From Dermatophilaceae bacterium (GTDB taxonomy: Bacteria > Actinomycetota > Actinomycetes > Actinomycetales > Dermatophilaceae), in contig JBAOHJ010000001.1 in assembly GCA_037045055.1 (NCBI GenBank), positions 60,176 through 124,175 of the forward strand: a stretch of 64,000 bases of DNA. Reading direction: 5' to 3'. Within the stretch, counting starts at the first letter, position 1. Each line of letters starts with the position of its first letter. The notes under the pieces are model-generated. The model was not told where the DNA came from. It saw only the letters and a list, made by a program, of their open reading frames with translations, and made no database searches. Below are positions 11,610 to 22,258 of this stretch, piece after piece. A program made the position numbers and the translations under genes.

Positions 11610-13271
11610 ATGGGCATGCGCTACGACGACATCGTCGTAGGCGGCGGTCACAACGGCCTGGCCGCGGCGGCCTACCTCGCGCGCGCCGGACGGCGGGTGC
11701 TGGTCCTGGAGCGGGCGGATCGGGTGGGTGGCGCGGCGGTGTCCGAGCGGGTCTTCACCGGCATCGACGCGCAGCTGTCGCGCTACGCCTACCTGGTCTC
11801 GCTGCTGCCCCGGCGGATCGCCGCGGAGCTGGACCTCGACCTGCGGCTGGTCCGACGCCGCGTCGCGTCCTACACGCCGCGCCCTACCGACCCGCAGTGG
11901 GGCCTGCTGGTGGACCACGGCGACCCGCAGGTCACCGCCCGCTCCTTCGAGGCGATGACGCTCGGGACGCGGGAGTATGCCGCGTGGCGGGACTTCGGCG
12001 CCCGGGTGGGCCGGCTCGCCCGGCGGGTGTGGCCGACCTTCCTGCAACCGCTGCGCTCGGCGCAGGCCATCCGCGAGCTGGTCGACGACGACCCGCTGTG
12101 GACCGGTCTGACCCAGGTGCCACTGGGCTCGCTGCTGTGGGAGCACTTCCGCGACGACGTGGTGCGGGGCGTCGTCGCGACCGACGGGCTGATCGGGACC
12201 TTCGCCTCCCTGCACGACAGCGACCTGGCCCAGAACGTCTGCTTCCTCTACCACGTCGTCGGCGGTGGCACCGGCGACTGGGACGTCCCGGTCGGGGGGA
12301 TGGGCCGGGTGACCGAGTCGCTGGCCCGCGCCGCGGTCGACGCCGGTGCCGCGGTGGTGACCGGCGCGCAGGTCGTCGCGGTGGACCCCGACGGCGAGGT
12401 GACCTGGCGCGAGCGGCCGCCCTCGGGCGCGGCGAGAGCCGGGCAGCGCGACCCGGCCGGCGCCGGGCCGGGTGGCTCGGGGGCGCTGCGGTCGGCCCGG
12501 GGCGGGTCGGTGCTGGTGGGGTGCGCTCCCGCGGTCGCCGACCGGTTGGTGCAGGCGGCCGGCGCGAGCCCACTGTCTGCCCTCGCGGACGACGAATCGG
12601 GGCCTGCGCCGACGCCGTGGCCGGAGGGCTCCCAGCTCAAGGTCAACATGGTGCTGCGCCGGCTGCCCCGGCTGCGCGACCCGGCGGTCGACCCCGCCGT
12701 GGCGTTCGCCGGCACGTTCCACGTCAACGAGTCGGCCAGCCAGCTGGAGGCGGCATACGCGCTCGCGCAGCGCGGCCAGATCCCCGACCTGCCACCGTGC
12801 GAGGTGTACTGCCACACCCTCTCGGACCGGTCGATCCTCGGCCCCGAGCTGGCCGCGTCCGACGTGCAGACCCTGACCCTGTTCGGGTTGCACCTGCCGG
12901 CCCGGCTGTTCCGGCAGGACCCCGAGGTCGCCCGCAGGCGGGCGACGGCGGCGGTCCTGCGCTCCCTGGCCTCGGTGCTCGCCGAGCCGGTGGAGCCGCT
13001 GCTGCTGCCCGACGCGCAGGGCCGGCCCTGCCTGCAAGCGCTCAGCCCGGTGGACCTCGAGACCGAGGTGGGCCTGCCCGGCGGGCACATCTTCCACCGG
13101 CCGTTGCAGTGGCCTTGGGCGCAGCGGGCCGAGGACGTCGGCACGTGGGGGGTGCGGACCCGGTATGCCGCCGTGCGCCTGTGCGGCTCCGGCGCCCGAC
13201 GCGGTGGCGGGGTCAGCGGCATACCCGGCCACAACGCCGCCCGCGACGTGTTGGAGCACTCCGGCGACTGA
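11610..13271 (+). CDS. FAD/NAD(P)-dependent oxidoreductase, phytoene-desaturase family
   Basis: N-terminal dinucleotide-binding motif [21 protein letters not shown]. 553 aa. Confidence 0.8.
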   Translation: MGMRYDDIVVGGGHNGLAAAAYLARAGRRVLVLERADRVGGAAVSERVFTGIDAQLSRYAYLVSLLPRRIAAELDLDLRLVRRRVASYTPRPTDPQWGLLVDHGDPQVTARSFEAMTLGTREYAAWRDFGARVGRLARRVWPTFLQPLRSAQAIRELVDDDPLWTGLTQVPLGSLLWEHFRDDVVRGVVATDGLIGTFASLHDSDLAQNVCFLYHVVGGGTGDWDVPVGGMGRVTESLARAAVDAGAAVVTGAQVVAVDPDGEVTWRERPPSGAARAGQRDPAGAGPGGSGALRSARGGSVLVGCAPAVADRLVQAAGASPLSALADDESGPAPTPWPEGSQLKVNMVLRRLPRLRDPAVDPAVAFAGTFHVNESASQLEAAYALAQRGQIPDLPPCEVYCHTLSDRSILGPELAASDVQTLTLFGLHLPARLFRQDPEVARRRATAAVLRSLASVLAEPVEPLLLPDAQGRPCLQALSPVDLETEVGLPGGHIFHRPLQWPWAQRAEDVGTWGVRTRYAAVRLCGSGARRGGGVSGIPGHNAARDVLEHSGD

Positions 13272-13342
13272 GCGGACCGACAGACCCTGCCCCCGGTAGC
13301 GTTCGGGGCGTCCGGCCCGAGGCAAACCAGGAGGGGCACGCC

Positions 13343-15127
13343 ATGACCGACCTGCTCTCGGCCGAGGACCTGCGGTTCCTGCTGTTCGACTGGCTGCACG
13401 TCGAGCGGCTCTGCGAGCGAGCGCCCTACACCGAGCACGACCGCCAGTCGATCGGCCTGGTGCTCGAGCTGGCCCGCGGCGTCGCGATGGACCAGCTGCT
13501 GCCCTGCTACGCGGAGCTGGACCGCACCGAGCCGGTGTTCGACGCCGGGCGGGTGATCCTGCCCGAGGCGACCGGGGCGGCGGTGCGGGCCATCGGCGAG
13601 TCGGGCCTGACCTGGGCCTCGTTGCCCGCGGCACACGGAGGGTCGGACCTGCCGCTGACGGTGTTCACCGCCGCCACCGCGTGGCTGCAGGCGGCGAACG
13701 TCTCGGCCGTGGCCTATCCCTTCCTCACGCTGGGCAACGCCAACCTCCTGCTCGCCCACGGCACCCCCGAGCAGGTCCGGACCTACGTCGTGCCGATGGT
13801 GCAGGGCCGATTCACCGGCACGATGTGCCTGTCCGAGACCGAGGCCGGCTCCAGCCTGGCCGACATCGCGACGACCGCCCGGCGCCAGGACGACGGCCGA
13901 TACCGGCTCACCGGGTCGAAGATGTGGATCAGCGGCGGCGAGCACGACCTCGCCGAGAACATCGTCCACCTCGTGCTGGCCCGCGTCGACGGCGCGCCGC
14001 CCGGCGTCAAGGGGCTGTCGCTGTTCGTCGTGCCCCGGCATCTGGTCGACCCGGACGGCACGCTCGGCGAGCGCAACGACGTCGAGCTGGTCGGCCTCAA
14101 CCACAAGATGGGCTACCGCGGCACGGTCAACACCGTGCTCGCCTTCGGCGCCGGTCACACCACCCCCGGCGGGCGCCCCGGCGCGGTGGGCGAGCTGGTC
14201 GGCCAGCAGGGCGCGGGCCTGGCGGCGATGTTCCACATGATGAACGAGGCCCGCATCGGCGTCGGCAGCGGCGCCGCGGCGTTGGGGTGTGCCGGGTATC
14301 GCCATGCCCTGACCTACGCCCGCCAACGCGTCCAAGGTCGCCTGCCCTGGGCCAAGGACCCGCTGGGCGACCCGGTGCCGCTCGTCGAGCACCCGGACGT
14401 GCGCCGGATGCTGTTGCGCGCCAAGGCCTACGCCGAGGGGTCGCTGGCCCTCGTGCTGTATGCCGCCCGACTGGACGACGACGCGCGCAGCGAGCCGGAC
14501 GGGCGGGCTCGGGACGAGGCCGGGCTGCTGCTGGACGTGCTCACGCCGGTGGTCAAGTCCTGGCCGTCGACCTACGGGCTGGTGGCCAACGACCTGGCGA
14601 TCCAGGTCATGGGCGGCTACGGCTACTGCCGGGACTACCCGGTCGAGCAGCTCTACCGCGACCAGCGGCTCAACCCCATCCACGAGGGGACCCACGGGAT
14701 CCAGGCCCTGGACCTGCTCGGGCGCAAGCTCACCATGGCCGGCGGTGCCGGACTGCGGCTGCTGTTGGCTCGGATGGCGGCCACCGCGGCCCGGGCGCGC
14801 GAGCGGCATACCGAGCATGCGGCGGCACTGGAGGGCGCCGCCGGCGTCGTCGCCGAGGTGACCGCTCGGCTCTGGGCCGGCCGCGACCCGGCCGTCGCCC
14901 TGCAGACCGCGGGGATCTACCTCGACGGGTTCGGCCACGTCGTGCTGGCCTGGCTGTGGCTGGACCAGCTGCTCGCCCTCGGGGACCGGGCGGACGCCTT
15001 CGCCGAGGGCAAGCGTGCCGCGGTCCGGTACTTCTACGCCTACGAGCTGCCGGTGGCGCTGGCCGCCCTGGACACCGCCGCCGGACCCGAGCGGCTGTTG
15101 CTCGACCTGGACCCGGCCGCGCTGTGA
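13343..15127 (+). CDS. Long-form acyl-CoA dehydrogenase
   Basis: ATG 13343 after AGGAGG. Acyl-CoA dehydrogenase middle-domain pattern (TMCLSETEAGSSLADI, KMWISGGEH) and a C-terminal helical extension. 594 aa. Confidence 0.85.
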   Translation: MTDLLSAEDLRFLLFDWLHVERLCERAPYTEHDRQSIGLVLELARGVAMDQLLPCYAELDRTEPVFDAGRVILPEATGAAVRAIGESGLTWASLPAAHGGSDLPLTVFTAATAWLQAANVSAVAYPFLTLGNANLLLAHGTPEQVRTYVVPMVQGRFTGTMCLSETEAGSSLADIATTARRQDDGRYRLTGSKMWISGGEHDLAENIVHLVLARVDGAPPGVKGLSLFVVPRHLVDPDGTLGERNDVELVGLNHKMGYRGTVNTVLAFGAGHTTPGGRPGAVGELVGQQGAGLAAMFHMMNEARIGVGSGAAALGCAGYRHALTYARQRVQGRLPWAKDPLGDPVPLVEHPDVRRMLLRAKAYAEGSLALVLYAARLDDDARSEPDGRARDEAGLLLDVLTPVVKSWPSTYGLVANDLAIQVMGGYGYCRDYPVEQLYRDQRLNPIHEGTHGIQALDLLGRKLTMAGGAGLRLLLARMAATAARARERHTEHAAALEGAAGVVAEVTARLWAGRDPAVALQTAGIYLDGFGHVVLAWLWLDQLLALGDRADAFAEGKRAAVRYFYAYELPVALAALDTAAGPERLLLDLDPAAL

Positions 15128-15173
15128 GCCGGCACATCCGGGCCCTGGTGCGCCGGCCGGTCGCCGAGCGGCC

Positions 15174-16055
15174 ATGACGAGCGCGCTGGCGCCCCCCGCG
15201 GTCATCCCCAGCCCGACCACCTCCGTCTGGTGGCTGGGCCCGGTGCCGCTCCGGGCCTACGCGCTGTGCATCCTCACGGGGATCGCCGTGGCCGGCTGGT
15301 GGACCGGGCGCAGGCTCGCGGCCCGGGGCGGCCGGCCCGGTGACGTGCTCGACGTGGCCCTGTGGGGTGTGCCCGTGGGCATCGTCGGCGCTCGTCTGTA
15401 CCACGTGATCACCAGCCCGCAGGCGTATTTCGGGCCCGGCGGCCACCCCGCGAACGCGCTGCGCATCTGGGACGGCGGGATGGGTATGTGGGGTGGCTTC
15501 GCGCTCGGTGGCGTCGGGGCCTGGGTCGCCTGTCGACGCCGCGGCCTGTCCCCGCTGCTGTTCGCGGATGCCGCGGCACCGGCACTGGCCGTGGCCCAGG
15601 CGATCGGCCGGCTCGGGAACTGGTTCAACAACGAGGTCTACGGCGCTGCCACCGACCTGCCTTGGGGCCTGCGGGTCTACCAGTGGGACGCCGGCGCCGG
15701 CCACGCGGTCCGGGACGCCGCCGGCGAGCCGATCGTCAAGGGCGTCGTGCACCCGACGTTTCTCTACGAGGTCCTCTGGTGCGCGCTGCTCGCCCTGGTC
15801 ATCGTCGGGCTCGAGCGAGCCCGACGGCTGCGCCCGGGGCAGGCCATCGCGTTGGCTATCGCCGGCTACTGCCTGGGCCGGTTCGTCGTCGAGCTGCTGC
15901 GCGCCGACGAGGCGAACCGTATCCTCGGGGTGCGCGTCAACACCTGGGTGTCGGCGCTGGTCCTCGCGGTCGGGGTGGGGATGTACCTGCGGGCCGGCAG
16001 CCGGGGGTCGGGCGCCCGGGCCGACGCCACGCAGCACGCGGCCCCCGGCCGTTAA
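15174..16055 (+). CDS. lgt: Prolipoprotein diacylglyceryl transferase
   Basis: Lgt motifs GARLYHV and AIGRLGNWFNNEVYG. The start MTSALAPP (ATG 15174) is in the frame of ORF 15015..16055. Confidence 0.87.
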   Translation: MTSALAPPAVIPSPTTSVWWLGPVPLRAYALCILTGIAVAGWWTGRRLAARGGRPGDVLDVALWGVPVGIVGARLYHVITSPQAYFGPGGHPANALRIWDGGMGMWGGFALGGVGAWVACRRRGLSPLLFADAAAPALAVAQAIGRLGNWFNNEVYGAATDLPWGLRVYQWDAGAGHAVRDAAGEPIVKGVVHPTFLYEVLWCALLALVIVGLERARRLRPGQAIALAIAGYCLGRFVVELLRADEANRILGVRVNTWVSALVLAVGVGMYLRAGSRGSGARADATQHAAPGR

Positions 16056-16089
16056 CGCAGCGGTAACACCCGTTTGGCATCCTGCGCGG

Positions 16090-17430
16090 GTGGACCGTCA
16101 GCAAGAGTTCGTCCTGCGCAGCATCGAGGAACGCGACATCCGGTTCGTGCGGCTGTGGTTCACCGACGTCGTCGGCGCGCTGAAGTCGGTGGCGGTCGCC
16201 CCCGCCGAGCTCGAGGGCGCGTTCGCCGAGGGGATCGGCTTCGACGGCTCGGCGATCGAGGGCTTCGCCCGCATCTACGAGGCCGACATGCTCGCCAAGC
16301 CCGACCCGGGCACCTTCCAGGTCCTGCCCTGGCGCGGGGAGAACCCGGGCACCGCCCGGATGTTCTGCGACATCCTCACCCCCGACGGTCAGCCCAGCTT
16401 CGCCGACAGCCGACACGTGCTGCGCCGGGCGATGTCCAAGGCCGGCGACCTGGGCTTCACGTTCTACACCCACCCCGAGATCGAGTTCTTCCTGCTGGAG
16501 CCGGGCCGCCGGGGCAAGCGGGTGCGGCCGATCCCGGTCGACGACGCCGGCTACTTCGACCACGTCGCGCACGGCACCGGTCACGACTTCCGACGACAGA
16601 CCATCACCCAGCTGGAGAACATGGGCATCTCGGTGGAGTTCAGCCACCACGAGGGGGCGCCCGGGCAGAACGAGATCGACCTGCGCTACGCCGACGCCCT
16701 GTCCACGGCGGACAACATCATGACCTTCCGGGCCGTGGTCAAGGAGGTGGCCCTCGAGCACGGGGTGCAGGCCTCGTTCATGCCCAAGCCGTTCCGGCAG
16801 TACCCAGGCTCCGGGATGCACACCCACCTGTCGCTCTTCGAGGGCGACGCCAACGCCTTCCACGAGGCCGGGGCGCCCTACCACCTGAGCAAGACCGGGC
16901 GACAGTTCATCGCCGGGCTGCTCACCCACGGCGCCGAGATCACCGCGGTGACCAACCAGTGGGTCAACTCCTACAAGCGGCTGTGGGGCGGCGGCGAGGC
17001 ACCGGCCTACCTCACCTGGGGCCACAACAACCGCTCCGCGCTGGTGCGGGTCCCGATGTACAAGCCGGACAAGGGCAACGCCACCCGCATCGAGGTGCGC
17101 TCCATCGACTCGGCGTGCAACCCCTACCTGTCCTTCGCGGTGATGCTGGCCGCCGGCCTCAAGGGCGTCGAGCAGGGCTACGAGCTGCCGCCGGAGGCCG
17201 AGGACGACGTCTGGAACCTCACCGACGCCGAGCGCCGGGCTATGGGCATCGCCCCGCTGCCCTCGTCGCTCGGGCGCGCCCTGGAGGCGATGGAGCGCAG
17301 TGAGCTGGTCGCCGAGACCCTGGGCGAGCACGTGTTCGACTTCTTCCTGCGCAACAAGCGCGCCGAGTGGCGCGAGTACCGCCAGCAGATCACCCAGTTC
17401 GAGCTCGACCGCTACCTCACCCGGCCGTAG
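16090..17430 (+). CDS. glnA2: Glutamine synthetase, GlnA2-type (446 aa)
   Basis: Starts VDRQQEFVLRSIEERDIRFVRLWFTD (GTG 16090). GS beta-grasp and catalytic domains are present (HHEGAPGQNEIDL, NSYKRL). Confidence 0.9.
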   Translation: MDRQQEFVLRSIEERDIRFVRLWFTDVVGALKSVAVAPAELEGAFAEGIGFDGSAIEGFARIYEADMLAKPDPGTFQVLPWRGENPGTARMFCDILTPDGQPSFADSRHVLRRAMSKAGDLGFTFYTHPEIEFFLLEPGRRGKRVRPIPVDDAGYFDHVAHGTGHDFRRQTITQLENMGISVEFSHHEGAPGQNEIDLRYADALSTADNIMTFRAVVKEVALEHGVQASFMPKPFRQYPGSGMHTHLSLFEGDANAFHEAGAPYHLSKTGRQFIAGLLTHGAEITAVTNQWVNSYKRLWGGGEAPAYLTWGHNNRSALVRVPMYKPDKGNATRIEVRSIDSACNPYLSFAVMLAAGLKGVEQGYELPPEAEDDVWNLTDAERRAMGIAPLPSSLGRALEAMERSELVAETLGEHVFDFFLRNKRAEWREYRQQITQFELDRYLTRP

Positions 17431-17479
17431 GGGTGGCGCGGCGCCCCCACCGAGAGGGCAGGCCGTTACCCTCCACACC

Positions 17480-20400
17480 GTGGCACGTTCCTCCTCGATG
17501 GCCGCGCACCTGGCCCGCCTGGGCTTCGCCGACCCGGGCCGGGCCGGCGCGGCGATGGCCGACCCGGCCCTGTCCGCGGTCCTGGCCCTCGCGCCGGACG
17601 CCGACCCGCAGGAGCTGGCCGACGCCCTCGCCGAGGCGCCCGACCCCGACCTGGCCGCCCTGACCCTGGCCCGCCTGGCCGGCGCGGTCGGCTCGGGCGT
17701 GCGGCCCGCGGTCGTCGTGCGGCCTGCCGAGCGTTGGGACGCCGAGGCGTTGGGGCAGTTGCTCGACGCGCCCAGCGCCCGCCGCCGGCGGCTCATCGGC
17801 GTGCTGGGCGGGTCGCGGGCCCTGGGGGAGCACCTCGTCGGCCATCCGGACCACTGGCCCGACGCCGCCGACGCCGTGCCCCACTCGGCCGACACCGTCC
17901 GCGCCCACCTGACCGCCGCGGTGACCCCCGCCGCTCGTGGGCGGCTGGCGGCATACGACGCGCTGCGGATCGCCTACCGGCGCGAGCTGCTGCGGATCGC
18001 CGCCGTCGACCTCTCCGCGGCCGACCCGGTGGCGCACCTGCCCCAGGCCGCCGAGTCGCTGGCCCAGCTCGCCGAGGCGGCGCTGGAGGCCGGCCTGGCC
18101 ATCGCGCGGGAGGACTACGGCCCGGGCCACGAGGTGTGCCGCCTTGCCGTGATCGGCATGGGCAAGACCGGTGGGGGAGAGCTGAACTACGTCTCGGACG
18201 TCGACGTCGTCTTCGTCGCCGAGCCGGTGGACGGGGTCGACGAGCAGACCGCCCTGCGGGTCGGCACCGCCCTGGCGACCGCGACGATGAAGGCCTGCTC
18301 GGCGTCCACCGCCGAGGGCACGCTGTGGCCGGTCGACGCGGCGCTGCGCCCCGAGGGCAAGCAGGGCCCGCTGGTGCGGACCATCGCCAGCCACAAGGCG
18401 TACTACGAGCGGTGGGCCAAGACGTGGGAGTTCCAGGCCCTGCTCAAGGCGTGGGTGTCGGCCGGGGACGTCGAGGTGGGTCGGGCCTACAAGGAGGCGC
18501 TGGCGCCGCTGATCTGGAGTGCCGCCGAGCGGGACAACTTCGTCGAGGACGTCCAGGCGATGCGCCGACGGGTGGAGCGACACGTGCCCGCCGGGGAGGC
18601 CGCCCGCCAGCTCAAGCTCGGGGCCGGGGGCCTGCGCGACGTCGAGTTCAGCGTCCAGCTGCTGCAGCTGGTGCACGGTCGCACCGACGAGGGGTTGCGG
18701 TCGGCCACCACGCTGACCGCGCTGTCCGCGCTGGCCCGCGGCGGCTACGTCGGGCGCGACGACGCCGCGACCCTGGACGAGGCCTACCGCCTGCTGCGCA
18801 CCCTGGAGCACCGCATCCAGCTCTACCGGCTGCGGCGCACCCATCTCATGCCCACCGACCCCGGTGACCTGCGCTGGCTGGGCCGGGCCCTGGGCCTGCG
18901 CACCGACCCCGAGAAGGGTGTCGTCGAGCTGTGGCAGTCGCGGGCGCGCGAGGTCCGCCGGATCCACGAGCGGCTGTTCTACCGCCCGCTGCTCGCCGCC
19001 GCGGCCCGGCTGTCCAGCTCGGAGAGCTCGCTGTCGACGCAGCAGGCCCAGGAACGCTTCTCCGCGTTGGGTTTCCGCGACCCGGCCGGCGCGATGCGGC
19101 ACCTGGAGGCGCTGACCACCGGGGTGTCCCGCCGGGCGGCGATCCAGCGGACCCTGCTGCCGGTCATGCTCGCGTGGTTCGCCGACGAGGCCGACCCCGA
19201 CGCGGGGCTGCTGACCTTCCGCCGGGTCAGCGAGCAGCTGGGCACCACCCCGTGGTACCTCAAGATGCTGCGCGACGAGGGCAGCGCGGCCGAGCGCCTC
19301 GCGCACGTGCTGGCACGCAGCCGGTATGCCGCGGACCTGCTCATCCGCTCGCCGGAGTCGGTCTCGATCCTCGGCGACGTCGACGGCCTGGCGCCGCGGG
19401 CCCAGCAGGCCCTGGCGCTGACCCTGCGCAGCGCGGCCCGGCGCAAGGACGACCCGACCACGGCGATCGCCGCGGTCGGCGCGCTGCGCCGGCACGAGCT
19501 GCTGCGGATCGCCCTGGCCGACCTCACCGGCGCGGTGACCCTGTCTCGAGTGGGCATGGCGCTGTCGGACCTGGCCGCGGCGACCATCGAGGTCGTCCTC
19601 GAGGTGGCCACCCAGGCGGTGGGCCGCCAGCACGGCGGGCTCGGCGTGGACCTGCTCGTCGTCGGGATGGGCAGCCTGGGCGGGCGGGAGATGGGCTACA
19701 CCTCCGACGTCGACGCCATGGTCGTGCACGCCCCGCACGACGGGGTGGCCGAGCAGGACGCCCAGGCCCAGGCCGTCGCCGTGGTCCAGGAGATGAAGCG
19801 GCTGGCCAAGGCCCTGGGGCCGGACGGGATCGTCATGGACCTCGACCTGCGCCCCGAGGGCAAGAGCGGGCCGCTCTCGCGCAGCCTCGTCTCCTTGCGC
19901 GCCTACTACGAGCGTTGGGCCCTGACCTGGGAGTTCCAGGCGCTGCTGCGTGCCCGGCTGCTGGCCGGTGACCCGGATCTGGGGGTGGCCTTCACCGATC
20001 TCGTCGACCCGCTGCGCTACGCCCAGGATGGGCTGGACGCGACCCGGCTGCGCGAGGTGCGCACCATGAAGGCCCGGGTGGAGTCCGAGCGGCTGCCCCG
20101 GGGGGCCGACCCGCGCACCCACCTGAAACTGGGCCGCGGGGGTCTGGCCGACGTGGAGTGGACCGCGCAGCTGCTGCAGATGCGCCACGCCCACGACCAT
20201 CCGCAGCTGCGCCATACCGGCACGATCCCCACCCTCAAGGCCGCCGCGCGGCTGGGCCTGCTCGACGAGGCCGACGCGCAGCAGCTGATGTCGGGGTGGC
20301 GGATCGCGGCCATCATCCGCAACGCCGGGCTGCTGTGGCGGGGCCGCCCCGCCGAGGCCGTGCCGCTCGACGTCCGGGACGCCGACGGGGTCGGGCGGAT

Positions 20401-20524
20401 CGCCGGGCGGGCCGCCGGTGAGGGCGCCTCGCTGATGGAGAGCTACCTGCGCCAGGCCCGGCGGACCCGGGCCGTCGTCGACCGGGTGTTCTACGGGGTC
20501 GCACCGACCGGGTCCACCCCCTGA
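17480..20524 (+). CDS. glnE: Bifunctional glutamine-synthetase adenylyltransferase/adenylyl-removing enzyme
   Basis: Two nucleotidyltransferase cores (GKTGGGELNYVSDVDVVFV and GSLGGREMGYTSDVDAMVV). N-terminus VARSSSMAAHLARLGFADP. The start is GTG 17480 or ATG 17498. Confidence 0.9.
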   Translation: MARSSSMAAHLARLGFADPGRAGAAMADPALSAVLALAPDADPQELADALAEAPDPDLAALTLARLAGAVGSGVRPAVVVRPAERWDAEALGQLLDAPSARRRRLIGVLGGSRALGEHLVGHPDHWPDAADAVPHSADTVRAHLTAAVTPAARGRLAAYDALRIAYRRELLRIAAVDLSAADPVAHLPQAAESLAQLAEAALEAGLAIAREDYGPGHEVCRLAVIGMGKTGGGELNYVSDVDVVFVAEPVDGVDEQTALRVGTALATATMKACSASTAEGTLWPVDAALRPEGKQGPLVRTIASHKAYYERWAKTWEFQALLKAWVSAGDVEVGRAYKEALAPLIWSAAERDNFVEDVQAMRRRVERHVPAGEAARQLKLGAGGLRDVEFSVQLLQLVHGRTDEGLRSATTLTALSALARGGYVGRDDAATLDEAYRLLRTLEHRIQLYRLRRTHLMPTDPGDLRWLGRALGLRTDPEKGVVELWQSRAREVRRIHERLFYRPLLAAAARLSSSESSLSTQQAQERFSALGFRDPAGAMRHLEALTTGVSRRAAIQRTLLPVMLAWFADEADPDAGLLTFRRVSEQLGTTPWYLKMLRDEGSAAERLAHVLARSRYAADLLIRSPESVSILGDVDGLAPRAQQALALTLRSAARRKDDPTTAIAAVGALRRHELLRIALADLTGAVTLSRVGMALSDLAAATIEVVLEVATQAVGRQHGGLGVDLLVVGMGSLGGREMGYTSDVDAMVVHAPHDGVAEQDAQAQAVAVVQEMKRLAKALGPDGIVMDLDLRPEGKSGPLSRSLVSLRAYYERWALTWEFQALLRARLLAGDPDLGVAFTDLVDPLRYAQDGLDATRLREVRTMKARVESERLPRGADPRTHLKLGRGGLADVEWTAQLLQMRHAHDHPQLRHTGTIPTLKAAARLGLLDEADAQQLMSGWRIAAIIRNAGLLWRGRPAEAVPLDVRDADGVGRIAGRAAGEGASLMESYLRQARRTRAVVDRVFYGVAPTGSTP

Positions 20525-20585
20525 CGCGCATCGACCGGCCCCCGCGAGGCACACTGGGACCAGCACCGGACCTCGCCGTGCGGAG

Positions 20586-21458
20586 GTGGCCATGATCGTC
20601 GTCGCGACCAACGGGCAGCCCGAGAGCAGCTCAGCCGTGCAGTGGGCGGCCGCCGAAGCGGTGCGCCGCGCCTGCCCGCTGCGGGTGCTGGTCGCGGTGT
20701 CCGTCCCCACCGCCCTCACCGGCGCCTTCGCCGACCCCACCGCGCTGCCCGACGAGGTCGTGGACTCCGCGCGTGCGGTCGCCGACCAGGCCGCCGCGGC
20801 GGCTCGGGAGGCGGGCGTCGCCGACGTCGGCACCTCGGTGCGGATCGGCACCGCTGCCGCCGTGCTCGTCGCCGAGTCCCAGTCCGCCGACCTGGTGGTC
20901 CTGGGCAGCCGCGGGCGCGGCGAGATCGCCTCTGCCCTGCTCGGGTCGGTGTCGGTCACGGTGTCGGCTCACGCACGATGTCCCGTCGTGGTCGTGCGAC
21001 CCGACACCCACCCCCGGCTCGAGGCCGGGCACCCGGTGCTCGCCGGCGTGGACGGCTCGCCGCGCAGCCGGCATACCGCCGCGTTTGCGGCCGACGTCGC
21101 CGCCCGAGCCGGCGCCCCGCTGATCCTGGTCTCGGCGTGGCAGGTGCCCGTGGTGGGGCTGACCAGCCTCGAGTACTGGGCGCTGGTGGACGCGGACCAG
21201 GCGGCGGTCTTCGCCGAGGCGGCCGGGCAGGTCGTGGCCCAGGCCCGCGACGAGGTCCTCGCCGCCCACCCCGACCTGAGCGTGCAGACCCTCGTGGTCG
21301 AGGCAGAGGCGGGCGTGGCGCTGGTCGAGCACAGCGCCGACGCGAGCCTGCTCGTCGTGGGCAGCCGCGGCCACGGCGGCTTCACCGGGCTGCTGCTCGG
21401 ATCGGTGAGCCACCACGTGCTGCACGACGCGAGGTGCCCGGTCGCGGTGGTGCGCTGA
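20586..21458 (+). CDS. Universal stress protein with tandem Usp domains
   Basis: Two Usp repeats, each ending in a G-x2-G...G-S-V motif and CPVVVV/CPVAVV (VLGSRGRGEIASALLGSVS, VVGSRGHGGFTGLLLGSVS). Confidence 0.8.
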   Translation: MAMIVVATNGQPESSSAVQWAAAEAVRRACPLRVLVAVSVPTALTGAFADPTALPDEVVDSARAVADQAAAAAREAGVADVGTSVRIGTAAAVLVAESQSADLVVLGSRGRGEIASALLGSVSVTVSAHARCPVVVVRPDTHPRLEAGHPVLAGVDGSPRSRHTAAFAADVAARAGAPLILVSAWQVPVVGLTSLEYWALVDADQAAVFAEAAGQVVAQARDEVLAAHPDLSVQTLVVEAEAGVALVEHSADASLLVVGSRGHGGFTGLLLGSVSHHVLHDARCPVAVVR

Positions 21459-21487
21459 GGCGCGCCAGGTGTGGTTCCCTATCACCC

Positions 21488-22153
21488 GTGACCGTCACCG
21501 TCTTCCTGCTGGACGACCACGAGATCGTGCGGCGCGGGCTGCGTGAGCTGCTCGAGCTGTCCGGGGACATCACCGTCGTCGGAGAGTCCGGCTCGGCCCT
21601 GGAGGCCGAGCGGCGCATCCCGGCCCTGCAGCCCGACGTCGCCGTCCTCGACGCGCGTCTGCCCGACGGCTCGGGGATCGACGTCTGCCGCGCGGTCCGG
21701 GCCGTGGACCCGTCGCTGCGTGCGCTCGTCCTGACCTCCTACGACGACGACACGGCGTTGCGCGCCGCGGTGCTGGCCGGGGCCTCCGGGTACGTCCTCA
21801 AGGACATCAAGGGCACCGACCTGGTCACCGCGATCCGGCGCGTCGCCGCCGGCGAGCAGCTGATCTCCCCGGAGGTCCTGGCCAGGGTGCGATCCACCCT
21901 GGCCGAGTCCTCGGTCGATCCACGGCTGCGCTCGCTCACCCCGCAGGAGCGGCGCATCCTCGAGCACATCGCCCAGGGCATGACCAACCGCCAGATCGCC
22001 TCGGACATGTTCCTCGCCGAGAAGACCGTGAAGAACTACGTCACCTCGATCCTCGACAAGCTCGGCATGGCCAGCCGCACCCAGGCCGCGGTGTATGCCG
22101 CCACGCACCCGCTGCCCCGCGCGCGCGGTCAGGGCCCGCCCACCCGCAGCTGA
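21488..22153 (+). CDS. NarL/LuxR-family response regulator, DosR/DevR-like
   Basis: Receiver domain (VFLLDDHEIVRRGL, phospho-Asp context VAVLDARLPDGSG) plus a LuxR HTH (LTPQERRILEHIAQGMTNRQIASDMFLAEKTVKNYVTSIL). GTG start at 21488. Confidence 0.85.
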   Translation: MTVTVFLLDDHEIVRRGLRELLELSGDITVVGESGSALEAERRIPALQPDVAVLDARLPDGSGIDVCRAVRAVDPSLRALVLTSYDDDTALRAAVLAGASGYVLKDIKGTDLVTAIRRVAAGEQLISPEVLARVRSTLAESSVDPRLRSLTPQERRILEHIAQGMTNRQIASDMFLAEKTVKNYVTSILDKLGMASRTQAAVYAATHPLPRARGQGPPTRS

Positions 22154-22209
22154 CCCGCCCACGCCCGGCCGTGGCCGGACGCCGAGGACACCCGCAGACA
22201 CGGCGGCGT

Positions 22210-22223
22210 GGGACTTTTGGCCC
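22210..22223 (+). promoter_or_regulatory. Candidate DosR/DevR-type box GGGACTTTTGGCCC
   Basis: Matches 12 of 14 positions of the core of the mycobacterial consensus GGGACTWWAGTCCC (consensus recalled from memory). It lies 36-49 nt upstream of ATG 22259. Confidence 0.35.
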
Positions 22224-22258
22224 TGACGACACGCCGGCACCCGGCGCACCATCGCCCC

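Noticed and set aside
16056-16089. GlnR box upstream of glnA2 (GTTAAC-gcagcg-GTAAC-acccgt-TTGGC)
   Set aside because: Only a-type half-sites are present and there is no GAAAC b-site. The spacer between lgt and glnA2 is just 34 bp. The match is too weak to call.
20525-20585. DosR box upstream of the tandem-Usp gene (GGGACCagcaccGGACC)
   Set aside because: The two halves are direct rather than inverted (there is no GTCCC half-site), so it does not fit the palindromic consensus.
17417-20959. 1180-aa minus-strand ORF antisense to glnE
   Set aside because: It is exactly antisense to a gene with strong family motifs. It has no recognisable motif and its composition is dominated by R/P/G/A. Other long ORFs were rejected on the same basis: 11052-13634 (-), 12248-15220 (-), 15937-17895 (-), 22129-24600 (-), 38956-40491 (-), 39854-42376 (+), 55109-57829 (-) and 55447-58200 (+, except its last 118 codons).
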